Source of the DNA: Methanobacteriota archaeon
GTDB taxonomy: Archaea; Thermoplasmatota; Thermoplasmata; UBA10834
Assembly: GCA_020725925.1 (NCBI GenBank)
Contig: DYTN01000002.1
Location: 44,621-108,620 of the forward strand
Direction of reading: 5' to 3'
Length of the DNA stretch: 64,000 nt
This document shows, piece after piece, positions 10,237 through 23,603 of this stretch (positions are counted from its first letter, which is position 1; each line of letters opens with the position of its first letter). A program made the position numbers and the translations under genes. The notes under the pieces were generated by a model. It was not told the DNA's origin. It saw nothing but the letters and a program-made list of their open reading frames with translations, and searched no databases.

Positions 10237-13200
10237 CTACTGGTTCTCCTCGTCGCCGCCTTCCTCGCCCTCTTTCTTCTCCTCGGCGCCCAACGGCGTC
10301 TTTATGATCTTCTTGGGCACGACCTTGCGGTCGATCGGTCTCCTGATGACCATCCTCGGAGCGGCTGCCGGGGGCACTGCCGGTGGCGCACCAGCCTCCC
10401 TCTCCGCTGGAGCTGCTGGCTCCACTGCAGCCGGTGCCGTGGGCGGTGGGCCCCTGCGCACAGGCGGTGGGGCGGCTCTCTCGGCGCCGAACACGGTGCC
10501 GCACTTGTGGCACACGGTGGCCTCCTTCGGGTTTAGCGTTCCGCAGACCGGGCACGGGATCGGCCCCTCCTTCTTCTTCTCCTCTTCCTTGGCGAGCCAG
10601 TCCTCGAAGCTGATGTACGCCGGCTGTCTCCTCCACCACTCCTCGAAGGCCCTGTCGGTGAACTTCTTGCCCAGCTCCGGCTTGGCGAGCTCACGGTACT
10701 TGGAGACCATGTCGTCGTACTGCTTCCTCATGCGCTCCAAGTAGTCCGCCTCCTCCTCGACCTCGCCGATGAACTTCACGCCACAGTTCGGGCACTCAGC
10801 GGACTCGGCGGGTATCCATGCGCCGCACTCGGAGCACTTCATCGTACCAGCTTCGAACTCCACGCCACACTTCGGGCACCTCTTGCTCGCAGCGGGTATG
10901 AACGCGCCGCACTCGCCGCACTCGACGAGCTTGCCGAGGCCATACACGTACGTGTATATGGTGAAGCCCGCGACGACGCCGACCACCGCCACTATGATCA
11001 CGATCCAGACCCACCACGGGAACAGGCCGCCCTCGACGGCCGCGCTGATGGTGACCGTCGTGGTGGCATCGTAGTTCTGGCCCAGCACGACCGTCCTCAC
11101 GGCATACGAGCCCGAGTCCAGCTCAGCGGGTATCCTCAGGAAGACTATGATGCTCCCGTCGGCGTCGGTCGTCTCGACCGTGCTGTTGGAGTAGGGCACG
11201 ACCAGCGGGTTGTCGGGGTCGCTCGGATCGATCAGCCAGAAGACCACTCCCGGCAGGCCCACCACGCCTTGGGACGTCCCCTGGTAAGTTATCGTGGCCG
11301 TGATGATCATGATGTCGCCGGCGTCGTACTCGTTCGCGTCGGTGGTCACGGTGACCGAGACCTGCAGCTGCTGTATCGTGAAGGTGTGGTTGGCGAAGTT
11401 GTTGGTCTCGTATGGCTCCGACACGGAGTAGGCCGGATCGAGCCAGACCCACAGCTCGTATTCTCCTGGCGTTGTGAGGTTGATCAGCCAGCTCACGGAG
11501 ATCAGAAGCACGTTGTCAGTCGCGTTGGCGGAGATGTTGTACTCCAGGCCGGTGTGTATCGTGTGGTTGTAGCCCGCAGCGTTCCTCACGCCGATCCGCA
11601 CCTCAAAGACGCTGACGACGCTGCCGCCCAGGTTGCGCACCCTGGCATTGACGGTCACGTTCCTCCCGAAGGTCTCGCCCGTGGTGTTGCTCCCGCCGCG
11701 CTGGACGAATATCTCGTCACCGTCGATCGACAGGTCCGCCCTGATGTCCAGCACGGTGATCGACCCTGTGAGGATGTTGTCCGCATAGGACTCCTCGATG
11801 CGGGACTGCTCGGGGTTGACTATCACGACGATGCTGGCAACGACACTCTGGGTGAGCACTGGGGCAGGGAACTCTATCTTGACCGGCCACTTCCCACTCT
11901 CAGATGTCAGGCTCACGATGACGGTCGTTGTCTTGAGCTCCGAGATGCCCGAGTAGTTGAAGTACACCCAGACCTCCGGGTTGGAGAACGGCATTGGGTT
12001 GGAGTTGCTGAGGTTCACTTCGACTGTGATTGTCTGGCCGCCAGCGACCGAGCCGGCAGGGGATATCTTGAGGTCCGTCAGCTTCAGGTCCGGATGCTCG
12101 TACACGTCGATGTAGACGTAGTCCCAGTTGTTCGTGGTGTACAGCTCCTCGACCCCGTCGGGCAGGCTGGCCACTACTGTGATCCAATGCAGCTCGGGCG
12201 TGGAAGGTGTCCACGGCATTGAGACGAACGTATAGGAGCCAGGAGCGATGCTCGGGATCGTCGTCGTCCCGACCAAGTCCCCTCCGTCGAAGATGTCCAC
12301 AGTCACATCGTAGCTGGTGTTGCTGCCGATGTTGCTTATCTTCGCGACCAGGGTCGTGGGAACATCGACTTCGACGTAGGTATCAGTCGCATAGATCCAT
12401 GGGTCCCACGGGTAGCCATCAGACACGTAGACGTCCGGGAGGCTCTTGACAGTGACGAACCCAGACCCAGTAGCTGGTGCTGTGTTGTTGAGCTCAGGGA
12501 TCGTGTCCAGCGGGTCGACGACAACGATGATTCTGTGCGCATTTGGGTCCAACGGGCTGTCAGCAGTCCAATACCACACAGCGGTGGCATTCGAGCCCGG
12601 CTCGATGACGGGTATCACCGTGGATCCGAAAAGCTCGTCCGACTCAGGGATTCCGTTGTCCCAAGCGTCGTCGTAGAAGTCCACCCTGACATCATATGCC
12701 CTCGCGATACCGTCATTGTGAATGTTGGCGTACACGGTGACGTTCTGCCCAATCCTGGGGTACACAGGGTCAGTCCAAACAGGCACCGGAGGATCATGCA
12801 CTGCCAAGTCCGGCAACGCATCCTCGATGGTCACTGTCAGGTAGGTCACGTTTCTCCCGAGGGGAGTCGTGTAGGGCAGGACGCTCGTCGAAACCTCGCC
12901 GTCGGGGTAGTAGTTCTGCGAGTTGAACGTGTAGGTCACGTTCACCCAGTAGTTGCCCACGTAGCCTTCTGTCGGTCCTGCGCTCGTCAATCTCTGCGCG
13001 AGCGCGTTCACCTTGGCGACACCAAGCGCATCAGGTGCGGAGCTGCTCACAGCAGAGCTTGCGTTTATGCCACTGATGTAGTACCTCGCGGTCACCAAGG
13101 CGCCTGGCAAAGGCTTGCCGACACCGTCCAGGACGGTGACATGTATCCATCTGTATATCAGAGCCGCTGCGTCGCGCTCGACTGTTATGGAGGGAGCGCT

Positions 13201-15408
13201 TGTGTTCGTGAACTCGCCGACTGTGGTTCCAGACAGGATGGGAGCGGCCTGAAGGTCAGAGTCCTTGACGATGATGCTTGCATTGGAGTCCCATTCGGAA
13301 GTGATGACCTTGTCAATCGCCGAGTTCACGATCAGGACTTGAGCGTTCTCGCGGGCCACGATGCTCACACCGACCAGCGATGAATTCAGCACCTGGAGCC
13401 TGCCCTCACCCTGGACGATTATGTCGATCGGCAACGCACTAGACATCGTGGATCCTTCGAACACGAGGAGTGCGGGGTTCGACAGAGTCCCGTCGACGTA
13501 GACCGTCCTCTGGTTCGCGGAGGTCTGCACTATCTGGAAGACCGCGTTCGTGAACCTGAGCGTGCCACCTGCGGCGACGATCGTGTCGCCAGCGTGGTAG
13601 TACGTCATATCGTATATGTGCAAGGAGGGCGGGACAACCAGCCACCTGGCTGGGTCAGGGCTCTCAGCGGATGCCCCCAGCAATGACACGGTTACATCAT
13701 CGCTCTGATCCGAAGCTGTCATAGCTGGATAAGCGTCAAGAGAGAAGGTTTCTGTCGACGAGTAGTTGATAACGCCAATCATTGCACTTCCCGTGATAGC
13801 ATAGGAGCCGACGTAGAGCGATTCGGGGATACCGGCATTCGTGATTATGTCAGAGAGATACGGTATCGCGGCTCTACCATCTGACTTTGTGACGTTGAAT
13901 GTTAGGGCAGTCTCTCCCATATAGCCAAGGACCTCAGGAGGCGGGCTCATGGACAGCCCCGTCGGAGTATAATAGAAGGCTTGCTCGCCCTGGAGCTCGG
14001 TGATTCCCGTGAAATGAGCAACAACGGAGGCACCTTCAATTGGAACGCCATACTCATCTCCCACGGTGACATTCAACCATCTGTAGATGAAGGCATCAGC
14101 ACCGACGGTGAACTCGACTCCGATCCAGTCAAACTCCACGAAACCAGTGCCGACACCGCCGTTGTTCTCGAACCGCACATTGAGTTCCATTATGTCTGCG
14201 ACAGTTGGCACAGCTCCCAACGGTAGGTCAAAGGACATCAGAGTCCCAGGTGGGTCAGTCACACGCGGGATAACGCTAGAATCAGAGTAGACCCCTGACT
14301 CCGGACTCCACTGAATGGCAGCAGTCCCAGCATATGTAGGGGCGACAGAGTACTCCCCAATGACGGAGGCGGAACTCACTGAAAGCGCCGGAGCTAGAGT
14401 GCCGATATCCCATGTGTCAACCTCAAGTATCATTGTCGGCTGCACTTGGATTGTAGAACCGTCGTCGAGCCTGATATTTCCGATTGGCTGACCGGTGTTG
14501 TCATCTCCTCCTTGAGCAAGAGGAACTGCCGTTTGTAGACTACCACCAAGAGAAACCACTGCTGGCGCCCGGTCCGCAAGAGCGCCTGCATACGTCTCGA
14601 AAGATGTGCCATACAAATACGCGTGAGACAGATCATCCAACGCGAGGGTGTTGTGCACATACCAGTGCCCAAGCGTTATCGCAGGTCCGAAGTCCACAGC
14701 GAGGAAACTGTTGACTGCCAACAGGGTCGAGTCCCCGTTCAGCGTGATGTTCTTGGCGAACTGGGCATTCGTCGGATACTCGGGAAGGTCCAATATGCTC
14801 GAGTCGTACAGCTCCAACGTCGAGTCCGTGAGCGTTATCGCCGGCCCGTCATCCGCCGAATCGTAGGTTATGGCACCGCTCGACCCGACGACATACTGGG
14901 AGACGAGCTCTCCCGGCAACGCATGAATCGTGCACTCGTCCAGGGACATCGTGCCGCCGTTCACCAGGGTGATGTTCCCGGGGAACATGAACTCCGATAG
15001 GGCAGAAGCCTCTACCACACCGCCGTCCACAGTGAGCTCGAGGAACGGCCACGGGTTGATCTGGTCCAAGTAAGTGGTTATGACGCCGTGGTCCAGAGTG
15101 AGCGTCCCACCTGCGAACACGGTGATGGAGTGCTTCAATGTCGGGTCGTTGTTGCTGATGACGCTCAGGGTGGCGTCCCTGACTATCAGCGTACCCCCGC
15201 TCCTGACCTCCACGTCGCCGTCGATGGGCTGTTCGATGTTCTCGATGACGTAGGTCTCGTTCTCGACGATCAGGTCGCCCTCGGCGGCTTCCGTTGTCGG
15301 GGCGCCCGAGAGGAACAACAGCCCCGCGAACGCAGAGAACACAAGACTCACGACAACCAAAGCACTCAGAGTTCTATTGGCAAGGAGCATGTCAGCTTTG
15401 CCCTTCAT
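10237..15408 (-). CDS. Giant cell-surface protein: beta-helix-like modules, CARDB/Ig repeats, TM anchor and cytoplasmic zinc ribbons
   Basis: Signal peptide; duplicated IYRW(L/I)xVTV module; CARDB-like PDL..V.N.G..VVVDP..E..NN repeats; TM WWVWIVIIVAVVGVVAG; three CxxC..CxxC ribbons. Confidence 0.85.
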   Translation of the reverse strand: MKGKADMLLANRTLSALVVVSLVFSAFAGLLFLSGAPTTEAAEGDLIVENETYVIENIEQPIDGDVEVRSGGTLIVRDATLSVISNNDPTLKHSITVFAGGTLTLDHGVITTYLDQINPWPFLELTVDGGVVEASALSEFMFPGNITLVNGGTMSLDECTIHALPGELVSQYVVGSSGAITYDSADDGPAITLTDSTLELYDSSILDLPEYPTNAQFAKNITLNGDSTLLAVNSFLAVDFGPAITLGHWYVHNTLALDDLSHAYLYGTSFETYAGALADRAPAVVSLGGSLQTAVPLAQGGDDNTGQPIGNIRLDDGSTIQVQPTMILEVDTWDIGTLAPALSVSSASVIGEYSVAPTYAGTAAIQWSPESGVYSDSSVIPRVTDPPGTLMSFDLPLGAVPTVADIMELNVRFENNGGVGTGFVEFDWIGVEFTVGADAFIYRWLNVTVGDEYGVPIEGASVVAHFTGITELQGEQAFYYTPTGLSMSPPPEVLGYMGETALTFNVTKSDGRAAIPYLSDIITNAGIPESLYVGSYAITGSAMIGVINYSSTETFSLDAYPAMTASDQSDDVTVSLLGASAESPDPARWLVVPPSLHIYDMTYYHAGDTIVAAGGTLRFTNAVFQIVQTSANQRTVYVDGTLSNPALLVFEGSTMSSALPIDIIVQGEGRLQVLNSSLVGVSIVARENAQVLIVNSAIDKVITSEWDSNASIIVKDSDLQAAPILSGTTVGEFTNTSAPSITVERDAAALIYRWIHVTVLDGVGKPLPGALVTARYYISGINASSAVSSSAPDALGVAKVNALAQRLTSAGPTEGYVGNYWVNVTYTFNSQNYYPDGEVSTSVLPYTTPLGRNVTYLTVTIEDALPDLAVHDPPVPVWTDPVYPRIGQNVTVYANIHNDGIARAYDVRVDFYDDAWDNGIPESDELFGSTVIPVIEPGSNATAVWYWTADSPLDPNAHRIIVVVDPLDTIPELNNTAPATGSGFVTVKSLPDVYVSDGYPWDPWIYATDTYVEVDVPTTLVAKISNIGSNTSYDVTVDIFDGGDLVGTTTIPSIAPGSYTFVSMPWTPSTPELHWITVVASLPDGVEELYTTNNWDYVYIDVYEHPDLKLTDLKISPAGSVAGGQTITVEVNLSNSNPMPFSNPEVWVYFNYSGISELKTTTVIVSLTSESGKWPVKIEFPAPVLTQSVVASIVVIVNPEQSRIEESYADNILTGSITVLDIRADLSIDGDEIFVQRGGSNTTGETFGRNVTVNARVRNLGGSVVSVFEVRIGVRNAAGYNHTIHTGLEYNISANATDNVLLISVSWLINLTTPGEYELWVWLDPAYSVSEPYETNNFANHTFTIQQLQVSVTVTTDANEYDAGDIMIITATITYQGTSQGVVGLPGVVFWLIDPSDPDNPLVVPYSNSTVETTDADGSIIVFLRIPAELDSGSYAVRTVVLGQNYDATTTVTISAAVEGGLFPWWVWIVIIVAVVGVVAGFTIYTYVYGLGKLVECGECGAFIPAASKRCPKCGVEFEAGTMKCSECGAWIPAESAECPNCGVKFIGEVEEEADYLERMRKQYDDMVSKYRELAKPELGKKFTDRAFEEWWRRQPAYISFEDWLAKEEEKKKEGPIPCPVCGTLNPKEATVCHKCGTVFGAERAAPPPVRRGPPPTAPAAVEPAAPAEREAGAPPAVPPAAAPRMVIRRPIDRKVVPKKIIKTPLGAEEKKEGEEGGDEENQ

Positions 15409-15521
15409 AAGTTCACCAACCCAGAGATGCTGGGTACTGCGGGAGAAGTAAGCAGTTCGGCCATATAAAAAGGTATTCACCAGGTTTTCATGTCGGAGCA
15501 GACTGTTTTTCGGCAGTCTGG

Positions 15522-16517
15522 CTAACCGCTTTTTCGCTTCACTATTTTCTTGACAAATATCTGCGGTTTCCTCGTCTCCGAGGGCTTGTCAGAGACATCT
15601 TCCGAGCCGACCTTCACCTCGAGCTTCGTCAGCGATTCCTTGATGTTCACGCCGCAGGCGTAGCACATCAGGGCGTCCCGGCTGACCATCGTCTTGCAGT
15701 TGAGGCAGGGGATCTCTTCATCCTCGGACCCCTCCTCTGCCTTCACGGGCTCGCCGAACTCCTCCTCGCGTATCTTCTGCCCGCAGGCGTAGCACATGAT
15801 CGCGTCCTTGCTGATCACGGTCCTGCAGCCGGGGCAGAGCATCTCGTCCTCGCTCAGCGTGGCTGCGAGCGCGGGCTCGGGCTCAATCCTGACCGGCGCG
15901 GCTGCCACCTTGGTCAGCATGTCCTTCTGGCGGTCCAGGAGCTTCCTCGCGTCCTCCGAGAGCTTCTCCCTGTCGCGCCTGAGGGACTCCTCCTCCTCCG
16001 CGAGCGCGCGCTCCCTCGCGACGAGCGTGTCCCTCCGGGCAGTGATCTGCTCGAGCACCCGCTGGATCTCCTCCTCGGACTTCTTCAGCAGGTCCTCCCT
16101 GCTCAGGAGCCTCTTCCGCCTTTCGGTCACATCCGCCTGGAGGGTGTTGATCTCCGCAAGCCTGTCCGAGGCGTCCTTCTCCCTCGCCTCCGCAGACGTG
16201 ACCGCCGCCTTCGATACCGCCTCGAGCTTGGCTAGCTCGGCGGCCCTCGAATCAAGCTGGCCCGCCCTCTCCTTAAGGGATGACTCCTGTCTCTTGAGTT
16301 CCTCAACGCGCGCCTCGACCGAGGATTCCTTCTGCCTGATCGAATCCTCCTTCTCCCTGAGGCGCTGCTCGAGCGCCTCGACCTCGGACTTCTGCTTCAG
16401 GACGTCCTCGCGCTCCGCCTTGAGCTCGAGGTCCTTCTTCCTGACCTCGGCCTCCTGGGTCTTGAGGCGCTTGACCGCGTCCTCGATTATCTGGGAGATC
16501 GTCTGGTCTTCTGCCAT
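15522..16517 (-). CDS. Coiled-coil protein with two C-terminal zinc ribbons
   Basis: About 200 aa coiled coil, then CPGC..CYACG and CLNC..CYACG. Confidence 0.8.
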   Translation of the reverse strand: MAEDQTISQIIEDAVKRLKTQEAEVRKKDLELKAEREDVLKQKSEVEALEQRLREKEDSIRQKESSVEARVEELKRQESSLKERAGQLDSRAAELAKLEAVSKAAVTSAEAREKDASDRLAEINTLQADVTERRKRLLSREDLLKKSEEEIQRVLEQITARRDTLVARERALAEEEESLRRDREKLSEDARKLLDRQKDMLTKVAAAPVRIEPEPALAATLSEDEMLCPGCRTVISKDAIMCYACGQKIREEEFGEPVKAEEGSEDEEIPCLNCKTMVSRDALMCYACGVNIKESLTKLEVKVGSEDVSDKPSETRKPQIFVKKIVKRKSG

Positions 16518-16596
16518 CGCTCACCACTTGGGATGGTTCGGGCGAACGCTTCCTCACGCATATACGTTGTGGACTACTACAAAGTTTTGCCGCGCG

Positions 16597-17313
16597 CTAC
16601 GGCGCGCTCATGAGCGGGCCGAGCACCTGGATGCCGTTCCTCCCGACCTCGATCGCGTGCCTTTCCATCGAGTGCTCCGAAGCCCTCATCTTCTCCACCT
16701 GCAGGAACCTCACGAGCTTCCCACGCTGCCTGTCCAGGCCGAGCATCAGTATGCCGTCCGCGAGGAAGCCCTCGTTGCCCAGGAGCTGGCTCTCGCCCGA
16801 GAGCGAGCGCTCCATTATGATGAAGCATGTCAGGTTGTTGTCCCTGATCATCTTGAAGAAATAGAACATCTTCTTGCGCATGTCGCTCACGTTCTCCATG
16901 AGCGAGTAGAGCGCGCCGAGCGAGTCGAGGACGAATATCGAGAACTTGTCCCCGTGGGTCTTCTTGAAGCGCTGGATCATCTTCTCGATGAAGAGGACGT
17001 AGTCGGTCTGCGCCTCCTGGCCTATGACCTCGTCTATCTGGTCGACCTCCCTGAGGTCGGTCAGGTCCGAGATCTGCATCTTCATCGAGAGCTTCGCGCC
17101 TACGCTGTCCATGTTCTTCAGGTGGCTGTCGACCGTCTCCTCCAGGGTGGTGTACAGCCCGAACTCGTTCTTGTCTTTGAGGTAGCTGCTCATGAGAGAA
17201 TAGCAGAATGTGGTCTTCATCGAGCCCGGGGGTCCAGTGACCAAGACGACCTTCGGCCGGTCGATGTCGTTCTTGAAGACCTTCTCCAAGCCCGGAACAG
17301 AATCCTTGAACAA
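16597..17313 (-). CDS. KaiC/RAD55-family ATPase
   Basis: GPPGSMKT Walker A, YTTLEE, FVLDSL Walker B, VEKMRASEH. Confidence 0.9.
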   Translation of the reverse strand: MFKDSVPGLEKVFKNDIDRPKVVLVTGPPGSMKTTFCYSLMSSYLKDKNEFGLYTTLEETVDSHLKNMDSVGAKLSMKMQISDLTDLREVDQIDEVIGQEAQTDYVLFIEKMIQRFKKTHGDKFSIFVLDSLGALYSLMENVSDMRKKMFYFFKMIRDNNLTCFIIMERSLSGESQLLGNEGFLADGILMLGLDRQRGKLVRFLQVEKMRASEHSMERHAIEVGRNGIQVLGPLMSAP

Positions 17314-17437
17314 AGTCGAAACCTCCTGAGGGGGGAACGATGCTCAGACGCTTGCGCTTTTCAATGGAATCGTGTCTATTAAACCTTTCCGGGCCATTAT
17401 CATAACTGAAACGATTGCCAGGAGCTGTGCCAGGACC

Positions 17438-20036
17438 TCACTCAGCGTCGTCCTCGGAGCCCTCATCCCCGTCGTCTGACCCCTTCTCTCCGGGCTCGTC
17501 CTCGTCAACCATGTCGCCGTTCGGCGCAGGGCAGCTGGTCAGCGTGCGCCCCGACTCTATCGTCCGCTCCTCCTCGGATGCGCCGACGAGGCGGGCGACG
17601 GCACTGATGGTGTCCCCCTCCTTGAGCTTCATCAGGCGCACGCCCATGGTGTTCCTGCCGAGGACGCTGATTCCCGAGACAGGCATGCGGATGACCATCC
17701 CGTAGACGCTCGTGACGATGAGCTCGTTCTCGTCCTTCACGGCCTTGACGGTGACGACGTCCCCGTTCCTGCCGCCCGTCTTGATCGTGATGACGCCCTT
17801 GCCGCCCCTGCGTATCTTCCTGTACTCCTCCACTGTGGAGCGCTTCCCGTAGCCGTTCTCAGTCACCGTCAGGAGCTGGTCCTTCGAGTCGACCACGGCC
17901 ATGCTGACGACCTCGTCGCCCTTCTGGAGCCTGACGCCCCTGACGCCGTACGTGGCCCGCCCGGTCGGCCGGACATCGCTCTCCATGAACCGCGCGGCGA
18001 GGCCCTTCTTGGTGGCCAGTATGATCTCCTTCGACCCGTCCGTGATGGACGTGTCGACGACCGAGTCGCCCTCGTCCAGCTTGATGGCGATTATGCCGCT
18101 CTGCCGGACGTGCGAGTACGCCGAGAGCCTCGTCTTCTTGATGGTCCCGTTGGCCGTGGCGAACACGAGGTAGCTGTCGTCCGTGAAGAGCTTCACGGGT
18201 ATCGTGTTCACGACCTTCTCGCCGTCCTCTAGGTGCTCGAGCAGGTTCACGACGGGCTTGCCCTTGGCGTGCCTGCCGGCCGCGGGGATCTTGTACGCCT
18301 TGAGCCAGTAGACCCTGCCCTTGTTGGTTATGTACATCACGTAGTCGTGAGAGCATGTGATGAACAGGTCGACGACGTAGTCCTCTTCCTTGGTCTCCAT
18401 ACCCATGAGCCCCACGCCGCCCCTGTGCTGGCGCTCGTATGTGTCGAGCGGTAGGCGCTTGATGTAGCCTGTGTTGCTGATCATCACGACCACGTCCTCG
18501 ACCGGTATGAGGTCCTCGATGTCCATGTCGATCGCGTTGGCCTCGATGGTCGTGCGCCTGGCGTCCCCGAACTGCTTCTTGACAGCCAGCACCTCGTCCT
18601 TGATGACGCCCAGGATCTTCTTCTCGTCCTTGAGTATCGATTTGAGCTCGTCTATCAGCTTCTTCGTGGCGTCGGCCTCGTCCCTGACTGCCTGCATCTC
18701 CATCCCCGTCAGCCGCTGCAGCTGCATCTCGAGGATTGCCTTGGTCTGCTCCTCCGACAGGAGGTACTTGGCCATCAGGGAGTTCCTGGCCTCGTCCCGA
18801 GTCTTGGCCTTCCTGATGATCCTGATGACATCGTCCAGGTGGTCGAGCGCGGTCATGAGGCCCGCGAGGATGTGCGCGCGCTTCTCCGCCTCCCTGAGCC
18901 TGTGCTCCGTCCTCCGCTTGACGACATCGAACCTGTGCTCGACGTAGTACTCGAGCATCTCCTTGAGCGAGAGCACCCTGGGCTGGTTGTTCACGAGCGC
19001 GAGGTTGAATTATGCCGAAGGTCGTCTGGAGCTGCGAGTGCGCGAACAGCTGGTTCAGCACGACCTCCTCGATCGCGTCCTTCTTCAGCTCGATGACTAT
19101 CCGCATGCCCTCCTTGTCGGACTCGTCCCTGAGGTCGGAGATGCCTTCGATGCGCTTCGACTTCACCAGCTCGGCGATCTCCTCGAGCAGGGTGGACTTG
19201 TTGACCATGTAAGGTATCTCCGTGACCACCAGTTGCGCCTTGCCGGAGTCCTCGTCCCTCTCGATGGAGTACCTGGCGCGGATGCGCATCCTGCCCTTGC
19301 CGGTGGCGTACGCCTCCGCAATCCCCTGGGCACCGTAGATGACGCCCCCAGTGGGGAAGTCCGGGCCCTTCACGATCTCCATGAGGTCCCTGAGCTCCGG
19401 GTCCTTGCCCTGGATCTGCATGTCGACCATGAGCGCGACCGCGTCCACGACCTCGCCGAGGTTGTGCGGCGGGATGTTCGTGGCCATCCCGACGGCGATG
19501 CCCTGGGAGCCGTTCACGAGCAGGTTGGGGAGCTTCGCAGGCAGCACGAGCGGTTCCTTGAGGGTGCCGTCGAAGTTGTCTGTGAAGTCGACCGTCTCCT
19601 CGTCGACGTCCTTGAGCATCTCCGCGGCGATGGCCGAGAGCCTGCACTCGGTGTACCTCATCGCGGCGGCGGAGTCGCCGTCCACGCTCCCGAAGTTCCC
19701 TTGGCCGTCAATGAGCGGGTAGCGCATGGAGAACTCCTGGGCCATGCGGACGAGGGTGTCGTAGATGGCCATGTCGCCGTGCGGGTGGAACTTGCCCAGC
19801 ACCTCACCGACGACCCGCGCGGACTTCTTGTGGGCCTTGTTGTGGCCCAGGCCCATCTCGTTCATCGCGAACAGGATGCGCCTGTGGACCGGCTTGAGCC
19901 CGTCGCTGACATCGGGGAGCGCGCGACCGACTATGACGCTCATGGCATAGTCGATGTACGACTTCTTCATCTCGATCTCGATGGGCCTCTGGACAAGCCT
20001 GGTCGCGATGTGTGGCTCCTCGGTTGCGTCGACCAT
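17438..20036 (-). CDS. gyrA: DNA gyrase subunit A, split by a +1 frameshift near 19008
   Basis: [25 protein letters not shown] catalytic Tyr, GyrA-box QHRGGVG, pinwheel repeats; two ORF-track pieces join as TFGII|[12 protein letters not shown]. Confidence 0.95.
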
Positions 20037-20046
20037 CCGATATCAC

Positions 20047-22378
<2,332 letters not shown>

Positions 22379-23603
22379 TTTCGAAAGACGAGGGGGTTGA
22401 GCCAGACAAGCTAGCCCGACTACTAAAGGCCGGGAGGGCCGTAGTTCCTTCGAACCCGAGGCACAGGGGCCTCAGACCCTGCGCGATAGGCGAGGGGCTC
22501 AGGGTGAAGGTCAACGCGAACATAGGCACCTCGCGGGACTACATCGACCTGAAGGAGGAGCTGGAGAAGCTCAGGGTGGCCGTGAGGTATGGCGCTGACG
22601 CGGTCATGGACCTCAGCACGGGCGGTGACATCCGGGAGATCCGACGGAACATCGTCAAGAACAGCAGGGTGCCTGTCGGGACAGTGCCCATCTACGAGGC
22701 TGTGTGCAAGAGCTCCTCGAAGGGCGGGGCGATGAACATGACGGGGGACGACCTGTTCTCGGCCATTGAGCGACACGCGAAGGACGGTGTCGACTTCATG
22801 ACCGTCCACTGCGGGGTCACGAAACGGACCGCTGGCTCGTTGAAGAAGCACAAGAGGGTCACGGGCGTGGTCTCGAGGGGCGGGGCGATGCTCATCGCTT
22901 GGATGCGGGAGAACGGCAAGGAGAATCCCCTGTTCGAGGACTACGGCTACCTGCTCGAGCTGGCGAAAGAGCACGAGTTCGCCCTGAGCCTGGGCGACGG
23001 GCTCAGGCCGGGCAGTGTCCACGATGCCACCGACGTTCCCCAGCTGCACGAGCTGCTCGTCTTGGGGAAGCTGGTCGAGAGGGCCAGGAAGGCTGGGGTC
23101 CAGGTGATGGTCGAGGGGCCAGGGCACGTGCCGTTGAACCAGATCGAGGCCAACGTCCGGGTGGAGAAGGTGCTGTGCAAGGGTGCGCCGTTCTACGTCC
23201 TCGGGCCGCTGGTGTGCGATGTTGGCGCGGGCTACGACCACATCACCGGTGCGATAGGAGGGGCCCTTGCGGCGTACTTCGGGGCCGATTTCCTGTGCTA
23301 CGTGACGCCCTCGGAGCACCTCTCGCTTCCCACGGTAGAGGACGTGCGCCAGGGGGTCGTGGCGAGCAAGATCGCCGCCCACGCGGCCGACCTTGCGAGG
23401 GGCAGGGAGATGGCCTGGGACCTCGAGATGTCGAAGGCGAGGAAGGCCTTCGACTGGCAGAAAATGTACAGGCTATCGGTCGACCCGGAGAGGGCAAAAG
23501 AGGTCCGGACCAGACGAGGTTCGAAGAGCCCTCAGGTCTGCTCGATGTGCGGCGACCTCTGCGCGATGAAGATCGTGGACGACATGCTCGGACAATGAGC
23601 CGT

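Noticed and set aside
18990-19025. Programmed ribosomal frameshift in gyrA
   Set aside because: No slippery sequence or stimulatory structure; a single-base error is more parsimonious
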